From assembly GCA_951406725.2 (NCBI GenBank), contig OX597829.1, forward strand, positions 45,384,001 through 45,448,000: a DNA stretch of 64,000 bases, given 5' to 3'. Below the pieces are notes generated by a model that searched no databases, had not been told where the DNA came from, and worked only from the letters and a program-made list of their open reading frames with translations. Made by a program: the position numbers and the translations under genes. The DNA comes from Octopus vulgaris. Lineage: Eukaryota. Each line of letters starts with the position of its first letter. The first letter of the stretch is position 1. Of this stretch, positions 40,952 through 53,323 are shown piece after piece.

Positions 40952-42968
40952 TTAACCCTTTAGCATTTAAACTGGTTATATCCAGTTCAAATATTGAACT
41001 TGCTTTATGTTCAAATTGTCCAGATCCAGCCTCTCACACCTACTCTGCAATGTCATTCTAAAAATAAGCAATCACATTGAAATGTTGAAGCTATGAGATA
41101 ATGGATGTAGACATACACAAATGCATGTGTGTATGTGTGTGTATGTGTGTATGTGTGTATGTATGTGTGTAGACATACATACATACATGTATATAAATAT
41201 ATAGGTATGTATATATATAAATATATATATATATATACATATACATACATATATATATATATATAGCTTCTCAGTTTACCCATCCTGGTTAAACCATCCG
41301 AACCATGCCAGCATAGACGATGGTGATGAATATAATATACATACATACATGCATATATATATATATGCACAGGAGTGGGTATGTTGGTAAGTAGCTTGCT
41401 TACCAAACACATGGTTTCGGGTTCAGTCCCACTGTGTGGGGCACCTTGGGCAAGTGTCTACTACTATAGCCCTCAGGTCGACCAAAGCCTAGTGGATAGA
41501 TTTGGTAGATAGAAGATGAAAGAAGTCGTATATATATATATATATATATATATGCAGCTGTGTGTATATGTTTGTGTATGTGTGTGTCCCCAACATCGCT
41601 TGACAACCGATGCTGCTGTGTGTTTACATCCCCATAACTTAGCGGTTCGGCAAAAGACACTGATAGAATAAGTACTAGGCTTACAAAGAATAAGTCCTAA
41701 GGTCGATTTGCTATACTAAAGGTGGTGCTCCAGCATGGCCACAGTCAAAATGACATATATATATATATATGTATGTATGTATATGTATAAATATACATAC
41801 ATGCATATATATGTGTGTGTGTATGTGTATGTGCTTGTGTGTATAAGTTTTAGAATGTGTATGCTTCTCTCTGTACATGTCTAAACGCATACGCGGTGTC
41901 AATGCACATTTACATGTTTATATCATTTGAATGCATGTATTTGTCTGTATGTATGCATATGTTTGTTCTTTGAACTATCCTAGCTTATTAATAAATTAAT
42001 TAAATGATATTGCTGTTCTACATATTTAATTATCTATATTAAGCTGCTATCCTCCCATGCTTGACTTCCAAAACACAAAAGCCATTGTGATATAATTTCT
42101 ATTATAAGGCTAATTACATTTTTATTCTCAATCTGTTCTTCAAATAAAAGTTACCCTTATCATACCTTTAACCATTCTGCATTCAGATTAATTTGTCAAA
42201 TGTATTGCCTATTTATTCACATTGTTTTAAATTAATCGTACTTTAACTCGTAGGACTGAGATTTCAATGATGTGACTTTATTTTTATAATGACATTGTAG
42301 GATATGAGTGAGAGGCATGATCTGGTCAGTTTGAACATTAAGCAGGTAAAATATTTGGGCTGGATATGGCCACTTTAACCATTTAACATTCAGATTACTC
42401 TCTGTCAAATGTAAGGCTTATTTATTTGTATTGGCTGTGTCGTATGTAGCTTGCTTACCAACCACATGGTTCGGGGTTCATTCCCACTACGTGGTACCTT
42501 GGGCAAATGTCTTCCACTATAGCCTCAGGCCGACTAAAGCCTTGTGAGTGGATTTGGTAGAAGGAAACTGAAAGAAGCCCGTCATATATATGTGTGTGTG
42601 TGTATATGTTTGTGTGTCTTTGTTTGTCCCCCAACATCGCTTGACAACCAATGCTGGTGTGTTTATGTCCCCGTAACTTAGCGGTTTGGCAAAAGAGACC
42701 AACAGAATAAGTACTAGGCTTCCAAAGAATAAATCCTGGGGTTGATTTGCTTGACTAAAGGCAGTGCTCCAGCATGGCCGCTGTCAAATGACTGAAACAA
42801 GTAAAAGAGTAAAGAGTATCTCATAGCTTTGCGATTTTGATGATGTGATTGTCTATTTTTAGGATAACATTGTAGGGTAGGTGTGAGAGGCTGGAATTGG
42901 TTTGTTTGAACATAAAACAGGTAGAATATTTGAGCTGGATATGGTTGGTTTAAATACTAAAGGGTTAA
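40952..42968. mobile_element. Cluster of piggyBac-type MITE copies (second family), interrupted by SINEs
   Basis: TTAACCCTTTAGCATTTAAAC at 40952 and GTTTAAATACTAAAGGGTTAA ending at 42968. Related copies at ~42170-42375 and ~42376-42968, the latter split by a SINE at ~42432-42815. Confidence 0.6.
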
Positions 42969-45113
42969 TAAAATAATTTAATCTCTCACAAACATTTCAT
43001 CTCACTCACTCCCCTTGGTACATTACTTTGCCTGATTAAGTTTACCAGGCTTACCAGACTTTTCACCCTTGTCTAATTTGACAATAATTATCATTAATAC
43101 TTACGGTTTTCATTCCTTCTTGTCTTTATATTGGTTCATTAAAAATGTTTCTTGGGTCACTACATTGATTCTGTAAAACTCCCACCACTTAAATATATAT
43201 AAAGAATCCTAAGACTCAACATGATCACAGTCTAATTAGTGAAATGATTAAATAAATAAATGAGTATATTTTTGGAAACTTTATCGTTCATTCTACAAGG
43301 TAGAAAAGTTAAGAAGTTCAAATTTCACCTCAATTTTCTGCTAAACAGCATAATTATACTTTAAGAATAAGAATCATAATTTCAATTATTATTTTGATCC
43401 ATCTTCAAGACGGCAAGTGTTTGGCAGCATTTCTTCTGGCTTTATGTCTTGAATTCAAATACCTATTTCTTTATTAGCCACAAGGGGCTAAACACAGAGG
43501 GGACAAACAAGGACAGACAAAGGTATTAAGTCGATTATATCGACCCCAGTGCGTAACTGGTACTTAATTTATCGATCCCGAAAGGATGAAAGGCAAAGTC
43601 GACCTCGGTGGAATTTGAACTCACAATGTAACGGCAGACGAAATACCGCTAAGCATTTCGCCCGACATGCTAACGTTTCTGCCAGCTCGCCGCCAATTCA
43701 AATGCTGCTGAGGTCAGCTCCTACTTTTATCCTTTTACGGTTGAAAAATGTAGTGTCAGTTGAGCACTGGGGTCAATGAAATTGCCTGGATGTTAAACGA
43801 TGATGATGATGATGCTACAGTAGAAAGAAGTATTTCAATGCATTTCTACTTCATTATTTGAATCTGATATTAAATTCAACCAAATTTGGGTCAAATGCAT
43901 TGGTGCCTACAGAATAAGTTCTTGAGATATTTGATTCTAGAAACCAGGACAATATATATATTTGAGCTTATAAGTTTAAAGTAACTGTACCTCTGCTAGT
44001 TTTAGTAATGAGTAATTAAGTTGTTCCAGCAACTGAATTACCTCCCCTACTCATTGAATCACAATGCAAGTGGCCGAGTATTCCACTGGCATTTACTCTT
44101 AATGTAACTCTCAACCAGAATCTGCATGACATAGTATGTACCAAGACTGATTCCTTGAATTACCGGTACAATCCAACCAATCAATGTCCACAATTTCCCT
44201 CAGCCTAATTTCATTGGCTGTGCTAAAAGATACTGGCTGAAGGTAAAACAGAGACAGATTGAACTCAGAACATCCTAACTGACAAACAAATTTCTTAACT
44301 AGACCAACCAAAAACTGTGTCTTTGGAATATGTAGTATTGGGTAATATGCCCAGACTCATTACATTCTGAGTTCAAATCCTGCTAAAGTTGATTTTGTTT
44401 TTCATTCTTTTAGGGTCAATAAAATAAGTATTGGTTGAACACCAAGATAGTTGTAATTGCTCGTTCTCCTTGTCCTCATCGTCGTCGTCCTCCTCCTCCT
44501 CCCCAATCCCCTCCTCCTCCTCTTCTTCCTTCCCAATCCCCTCCTCCTCTGCCTCCTCCTTCCCATCTCCTCTTCCACTACCACCACCACCACCTCCCAT
44601 CCACCCCTCCTCCTCCTCATCATGAAGACAACAATGAAGATGATGACCTTGCAGGATGGGCTCAATTAGAATTTTCATCAAGTTGAACAGCCCATCCCGC
44701 TCAAAAGGTCCTTCAATAAGGGTTGTTGTTGTTGTAGTTGCTGTTGTTGTTGTTGTTGTTATTATGCAGTCACTCTGCTTAGAGTTAATGTCATACATAT
44801 TTTAATTTAGAGTGATTTAAAGTTGTTATAACTGAACCTAATTTAGGTGTGGTAGACTAAGATAGTTCAATAGTTGACTTCATAGAAATTTGGTAGTTAT
44901 TATTATTGCTATTTCTTATTGCTGCTGTTGAGTCCTAAATCACTTCTGATCAAGCAAAACTATGATCAAAGATATTCCATTCTTATGTCCCTTATGATCC
45001 CAGCTTTTCTCAATACTCAAAACCATGTTAGTTGTTTCTTTTTTCTAAATGGTAAGGAGTAAGTTGAGGAAACTTTGACTAAAATTTCTAGAATCTACCC
45101 CCTCTCCCCACGT

Positions 45114-45152
<39 letters not shown>

Positions 45153-45351
45153 TTGGCTCAAGGTATTTTATTTCATGTCTGTGTATAATTTGATTCTAAG
45201 GTTAAAATATTTAAAAATATATCTTATACTGTTGCATTTATTTGACAAATGTTTGAAAAGTGCTGTATTTTTATTTATTTATTTACACATTCCCCATTTA
45301 ATTGTTTTAAATGTATTTTAAATAATTGTATTTTTTATTGACAAATTTCAG

Positions 45352-45405
45352 AAACGCCAGTCAGTAGTTGCAAAGAAGTCTCCTTTGCCAATTAGTCCTT
45401 ACCAG
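45352..45405 (+). CDS. SCG5: 7B2 coding exon 4 (54 nt): first PC2-inhibitory VVAKK motif
   Basis: TTTCAG acceptor. Encodes KRQSVVAKKSPLPISPYQ; VVAKKS is the 7B2 C-terminal-peptide inhibitory core. Donor CAG|GTAATT; phase 0 to 0. Too short to appear in the ORF track. Confidence 0.9.
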
Positions 45406-46461
45406 GTAATTAAAAATTTTGATATAATTATGTTTTATAACACCATTCGCATTCAAGTACTATAATTATTCTTACATTCTTTCAAAAGCTTTGAATATTA
45501 CTCTTTTATTTACTCTTTTACTTGTTTCAGTCATTTGACTGCGGCCATGCTGGAGCACCACCTTTAGTTGAGCAAATCGACCCCGGGACTTATTCTTTCT
45601 AAGCCTTATTCTATTGGTCTATTGGTCTCTTTTGCCGAACCACTAAGTGACGGGGACATAAACACACCAGCGTCAGTTGTCAAGCAATGCTAGGGGGTAC
45701 ACAGACACACAAACATACACACACATACATATATATATATATACATATATACGACGGGCTTCTCTGAGTTTCCGTCTACCAAATCCACTCACAAGGCATT
45801 GGTCGGCCCGAGGCTATAGCAGAAGACACTAGCCCAAGATGCCACGCAGTGGGACTGAACCCGGAACCTAGATACATTTTCAAGTCCACAATTCATTCTT
45901 GTTTATTTGGTGTTATTAGCTGCTTCCTCTCCTCTGTAGCACACCACAGAGGAGAGAAATAAGTAATCAACACCATTTTCTGTAAATTTCCTGAAGAAGG
46001 GATCCTAACCCCGGAATACTGGAATACCAATAAATAATAGTAACCGTTGATCCAAGGGTCCCAAGGCCTTTTGGTATCATTAAAATTGTGCTAGAAGCTA
46101 CAACTGTGGAAAGACAATCTTAGTTTGTAAGTAAAGTATTGAAATAATTGGAACGGATCAGAAGTTTTCTACAGAAGTAACATAGAAATATATATAAATA
46201 TAGTCAGTTGTCTATCAATGCATCAATTCATATATGCATGTACATACGTTCATACATATGCAGGTACATGCATATACAGGTACATGCATATACAGATACA
46301 TGCATATGTCTATCATGCATCCATTCTTGCATGTAAACACATACACATGCACTCGCACACACACACACACATTATTGCATACAAATGTACATATGAGGAC
46401 AGCAGATAAAGTATGTATATATACATTTATCTATCCATATAAAAGTGTATAATACATACAA

Positions 46462-46517
<56 letters not shown>

Positions 46518-47068
46518 ATAGCTAAGCTGGTGCAGCCAAGTTATATATATATGTGTGTGTGTATGTCTGTGTATGTGTATATATTTATGTATGTATGTAT
46601 ATACATATATATATATCTGAGTGACTGTGTGGTAAGTAGCTTGCTAACCAACCACATGGTTAAGGGTTCAGTCCCACTGCGTGGCATCTTGGGCAAATGT
46701 CTTCTGCTATAGCCCCGGGCTGACAAATGCCTTGTGAGTGGATTTGGTAGACGGAAACTGAAAGAAGCCTGTCGTATATATGTATATATATATATATGTA
46801 TGTGTTTGTCCCCCCTAGCATTGCCTGACAACCAATGCTGGTGTGTTATGTCCCCGTTACTTATCGGTTCAGCAAAAGAGACCGATAGAATAAGTACTGG
46901 GCTTACAAAGAATAAGTCCCGGGGTCGATTTGCTCAACTAAAGGCGGTGCTCCAGCATGGCCGCAGTCAAAATGACTGAAACAAGTAAAAGTTTAAAAGA
47001 GTATATATATTATGTATATATGTATGTATGTATATATATATATATGTATATGTATATATATGTATGTG

Positions 47069-47099
<31 letters not shown>

Positions 47100-47236
47100 A
47101 TCTGTACACATCTGTTGTTTTTTAACTGTCCTACCCATCCCAGCATAGAGAAGGATGATAATGATGATACACCACCACACCCTCACACAATCATATATTT
47201 CCACTTGTAGTTTCTATTTTCTTTTTGTAATTCTAT

Positions 47237-47290
<54 letters not shown>

Positions 47291-48914
47291 CACACACTTT
47301 GAAAGGATTGTCCTGGTATTGTTCTGTTCAGCAAGGAAATAGAACACTACAGACATGCTCAGCCGATGAGCAAGATGTGAATGTCATGTCTTAAATTATG
47401 GATAAAGAAAAAATCTCAGGGAACTGCAGGCGACACTCACAGCTCCTGTATCCTGCTTATAGATTCATATTTTTGTTCTTTACCTATTATTATAGTTGGG
47501 TCTATTTCACAATAGATTTGTATTAAAAAAAAAACCTGGAAATGACTGAGGTTTTCCCACAAATAAAGGAAAAAGAACCTGACTCATATCCTCAAAAGCT
47601 CAATGAATTTGCAGTGTTGTAAACATTTGTAAAACGAGTATGGTAAGAAGGTTGCTTCTTACCATACTGTATTATGTCCCACCATGCAACATCTTGGATA
47701 TGTGTATTCTGGTATAGCTTTGTGTGTTGATTTAGTACATGGAAACTGAAAGAAGCCCATCGTATGTGTATCATCATCCTCATCATCATCATTGTTTAAC
47801 GTCCGTTTTCCATGCTAGCTTGAGTTGGATGATTTGTCTGGAGACTGGTAAGCCCGGGGGTGGGTGGGCTGCACCAGGCTCCAGTCTGATCTGGCAATGT
47901 GTCTACAGCTGGATACCTTTCCTAATACCAACCACTCCGAATGTGTAGTGGGTGCTTTTTACGTGCCACTGGCTTGGGAGCCAGTCAGGCGGCACTGATA
48001 TCGGCCACGTTCGAGTGGTACTTTTTATGTACTACCAGCACTGGAGCCAGTCAGGCCGGGGGTGCTGGCATTGATGTATTTATATGTGTGTGTTTGTGTG
48101 TTTGTGTGTGTGTGTGTGTGTAGTGTGTGTGTGTTTGTGTATGTGTGTGCGCGCATTTTATATTAATGTTTGTTTCTTTCCAGCACTTGACAACCCGCGT
48201 TGGTATGTTTACATCCCTGTAACTTAGTGGTTTGGTAAAAGAGAGTAATAGGATAAATACCAGACTTTCAATAAGAAGTCCTGGGGTCAATTTATTTCAC
48301 TACTCTCTTCAAGGCAGGGCCCCAACATGACACAATCCAATGACTGAAACAAGTAAAAGATTCCAAAGATTCTACTTTTTAGTTGTCCTATATTTGTGCA
48401 CGTGCATGCATGCAGATGCACACATGCATGCATGCACGTACACACAAAAGGCTAGTGCACACATGTGAACTAAAGAAATGCGTATATACAGAAATTTTTA
48501 TGGGTATGAGCACATTCTCTTAAATACAAATACCTACTAAATAATCACACACACATACGCATACATGCACACACATATTTACAAACATACATTTTCATGA
48601 TAACTACACATGAACTGATACTATTACATACACACACACACACAGAAATTCCTTGTATGTGAGGAATTAGACACAAGGTCTAATTCCTCACATGCCTGGA
48701 ACTCTTATCACTTTGTTAGCGACATGCTGAACTTCCGCTATAAAGAATTCTAGTAATTTCAAGGTAAGTATACATACATATATAAACCATTAAAATTCAA
48801 AGAATGAATAGATAATTTCTTTTTAATACCTTTTCTTTAAATTCCTTACACTGAGCAGGTGAATGATCAAAAACATTAAAACTTGAACTATACACACATA
48901 TAATATATATACAT

Positions 48915-49008
<94 letters not shown>

Positions 49009-49064
49009 ATGTATGATGTGTGATATATATATGTATGATGATGATGATGATACATATGTATATA

Positions 49065-49152
<88 letters not shown>

Positions 49153-49222
49153 TATACATATATATATATACATGTATATGTATATATATATATATACATA
49201 CATATATATATATATATATACA

Positions 49223-49265
<43 letters not shown>

Positions 49266-49595
49266 GTATATACACACACACAGCGACAAACACACACACA
49301 CACACACACATACACACACACACACACACATACACACACACACACACACGCATAGACAATAATATATATTCTTTTACTTTTTAACTTGTTTCTGTCATTT
49401 GACTTCAACCATATTGGAGCACTGCCTTTAGGGGAGCAAATCGACCCCAGGACATATTCTTTGTAAGCCTAGTACTTATTCTATCAGCCTCTTTTGCTAA
49501 ATCGATAAGTTACAGGGACGTAAACACAACAGCATTGGTTGTCAAGTGATGTTGGGGAACAAACACAGACACACAAGTATAGACACCCTCCCAGC

Positions 49596-49626
<31 letters not shown>

Positions 49627-50059
49627 GACAGGCTTCTTTCAGTTTCCATCTACCAAATCCACTCACAAGGCTTTGTTTGGCCTGACACTATAGTAAAAAA
49701 TACTTGTCCAAAGTATCACGTAGTGGGACTGAATCCAGAATTATGTGGTTGGTAAGCAAGCTACTTACCACACAACCACTCCTGCACCTATATATATATA
49801 TATCATAATCATCGTTTAACGTCCACTTTCCATGCTAGCATGGGTTGGACGGTTCAGCTGGGGTCTGGGAAGCCAGAAGGCTGCACCAGGCCCAGTCAGA
49901 TCTGGCAGTGTTTCTACAGCTGGATGCCCTTCCTAACGCCAACCACTCTGTGTATATATATATAAATATAATATAATTCGAGACAAAACCACTATTTTAA
50001 AACCAAACAAGGAAAGACTTAATCAAAACATAAAATTTTAATATAAATTAAATAAACCG

Positions 50060-50102
50060 CCACTACAAATGTTTCATGTCTGCTCCGACAATCTTCAGGT
50101 GG
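50060..50102 (-). ncRNA. Minimal type I hammerhead-like motif in a Penelope-like repeat
   Basis: - strand reads CCAC-CUGAAGA-U-UGUC-GGAGCA-GACA-U-GAAAC-AUUU-GUA-GUGG: both core boxes, 4-bp stem I, 4-bp stem II and a GUA triplet. Confidence 0.6.
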
Positions 50103-50227
50103 ATTTTCGATCTTCTAATCAGTATCAAATTTTGATTATTATATTATATAATATTTTACTATAAAATTGGATTTAACCCTAAATCTGATTTTTCCCTGTA
50201 ATTTTGGATTCATTCCCTAATATTTAT

Positions 50228-50325
<98 letters not shown>

Positions 50326-52679
50326 AACCTTTACATAAATAAATAACGTGAAATACATGAAGGGACGAACAAAAAGACAAACGGGTCATTCAAAGCCTTC
50401 ATTCTTCAGTCAGAAACTGATCCCTCATCGCAGATTTCGGCTGTTTAATTCTGAATATATATATATCATATGGTGTAGAAGTGGTAGTTTTGCTGGCTGG
50501 TAAAACATATTCACTGGCTTAGTGTTCATTGAGTATGTAATTAATTAGAGTTGGAAGATACAGGATTCTTTATTAATGAATAAAGATTCTTGTATATTTC
50601 ACTCTGTCTCACTCATTATAATTCAAGCATGACGGTGATAGTAAGGGATGTGAAAGACAGTGGTGATGGTGGGGCAGGGGGAGGCGGGGAAAGTCAAAGG
50701 TGTCGATGGTGGTGGCATGAGAAGTGCAGAATGGTGTGTGTATGGCAGTTGTTGTGGTAATGGTGGTAGTACTGGTGATGGTGATGGTTATGGTTGAAAA
50801 CAATCAACAGAAAAAGAGAGAGAGAGAAAGAAAGAAAGAGGTGAGACAGAAAAAAAATTGTACTGACCCCCACCCCTGAATAGGAAGACAAAAAAATGTT
50901 GTTTATCATGAAGCTTTGCAATTAATTCCAAGTCGACAAATTATATCATTGTTTTGAAGAAAATTGTTCATTGCTTGAAAAATATTGGTCAAGTTTAATA
51001 AAATTTTATATGTACTCAATGGATGAAGTGTCGTTATTGGGCCCAAGGCCCAATGAAGAGCCCTCCACAAGAACTAGTATATACTTACATACATACATAT
51101 AAGGCACCTCTTCCGTAAAGTCCAATCAGAAGCAACTACCATTGCCCTTTTTTCTACTGGATTCTCAAGTACAACCAGCTGTGACTATGAATATTGAACC
51201 ATCTTCTCTGTAGTACCAAAGTTGTGACTTCTCAATGCAAAGAAGTAACAGCTCAACCTGCAGAGACTCCCTCATCTCTTGAGTTACACATACTGTTGAG
51301 TAATATTACATCAGAGATCCTTCAGCAGTATTCCAGTTTGACTGCGGCTTATTTTTGTGACTGTACGTATGTGTGTGTGTGTGTGTATGTACTCTTTTAC
51401 TCTTTTATTCTTTTACTTGTTTCAGTCATTTGACTGCGGCCATGCTGGAGCACCGCCTCTAGTTGAGCAAATCGACCCCGGGACTTATTCTTTGTAAGCC
51501 CAGTACTTATTCTATTGGTCTCTTTTGCCGAACCGCTAAGTGACGGGGATGTAAACACACCAGCATCGGTTGTCAAGCAATGCTAGGGGGACAAACACAG
51601 ACACACAAACATATACACACACACTTACATATATATATATACATATATACGACAGGCTTCTTTCAGTTTCCTGTCGTACCAAATCCACTCACAAGGCATT
51701 GGTCGGCCTGGGGCTATAGCAGAAGACACTTGCCCAAGATGCCAAGCAGTGGGACTGAACTTGGAACTATGTGGTTGGTTAGCAAGCTACTTACCACACA
51801 GCCACTCCTGCACCTTGTGTATATAAATACATACAAATATACAACTGTATAGTGAGAATTTACAAAAAAAAACAAATGACGAGATGTGTGTGTAAGCAAC
51901 AAACAGATGTATTAGTTTAATACTTGCTAAGTGAGTAAGTCTTTTACATTTTGAGCCTATGCTCTTTGACAGAAAGGAACACAGAAATAAGCAGAGAGAC
52001 AAAATAGAAAAAGGTTTAGTGGCTTACAACTATATATATATTCACATATAGGAAGCCTGCTTCCTAACCACATATTTCCAGATTCAGTCTCACTGTGTGG
52101 CACCTTCGGTAAGTGTTTTCTATTATAGTCTTTAGCTGACCAAAGCCTTGTGATGTATTAGTTTGACGCTCAGGAAAAACGAAAAAGTCTTTTATTTTAC
52201 GAGTCTATATTCTTCAACAGAAAGGAATAAGAGAAAATAAACTGAGAGAAAATGAAAGAAACTTGTAGATTTCAGCGGTCAGGCATGGCAAATGACTGGA
52301 AAAAGAGAGGTTGAAAGAAGGGGAGATGATAAAAAAAAGAAGTTGAATGAAAGGGAGATAATAAAGTGCCAGTGATCTCAACAAGAGGTGTGCATGCATG
52401 TGTGTATGTGAGAATGGTCTGTGTAAGTGTGTGTGTGTGTGCGAATAGAGGTGAATACCTCTGATGTGTGTAAGTCTGTGTGTGTAAAACATGTGTGTGT
52501 CTGTGACCAAACAGTGTGTGTGTGTATTATGTATCTTTGTCTCTGTTTATTGCATGTGTTTATGCGTGTTGTGTGTGTACATATATATACATACATATTT
52601 ATTTAATTAATTGGATTAAAATCAATTAAAGATTTTAATTTCCTATGTTTTTATCATTATTTTTTTGGTTTTATTTCAG

Positions 52680-52757
52680 GATGATTTCGCCGATGAAAGG
52701 AACAACGTTAACGAAGTGTCTCTGAAAAGAATAGCCAAGAAGGCGCCGTATATCTAA
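52680..52757 (+). CDS. SCG5: 7B2 terminal coding exon: second AKK motif and stop
   Basis: Long T-rich tract and TTTCAG acceptor. Encodes DDFADERNNVNEVSLKRIAKKAPYI-TAA in phase 0. AATAAA follows at 52795. Confidence 0.87.
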   Translation, partial: DDFADERNNVNEVSLKRIAKKAPYI

Positions 52758-52794
52758 GACACCAAATATATAAACAAACTAAAAACAAACAATC

Positions 52795-52804
52795 AATAAA
52801 TAAA
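52795..52804 (+). terminator. Candidate proximal polyadenylation signals (overlapping AATAAA)
   Basis: AATAAATAAA ~38 nt after the stop codon. The region is AT-rich, so the real 3' end may lie further downstream (e.g. AATAAA near 54478). Confidence 0.35.
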
Positions 52805-52959
52805 TTAATATATCAGAAATGGAACATTCCTCTTTGAAAGTAATTAACTTGTAAAAAACAAAAAAAAAAGATAAAAATTTAACAAAAGTATTCAACTGCT
52901 GTTTATTCTTCCTATTATTATTATTGTTATTATTATCATTATTATTATCATTATTATTA

Positions 52960-53008
<49 letters not shown>

Positions 53009-53227
53009 ATAGGGCAGTGACCTGGCAGAATCGTTAGCATGACAGGAAAAATGCTTAGTGGTATTTTTGTCTGTCTTATTATTCTGAGTTCACATTCCAC
53101 TGAGGTCGACTTTGCTTTTCATCCTCCCAAGGTTGATAAAATAAGTACCAGTTACGCACTGGGGTCGATGTATTTGACTTACTCCCCACCCCCAAATTGC
53201 TGGCCTTGTGTCAAAATTTGAAACCAC

Positions 53228-53323
<96 letters not shown>

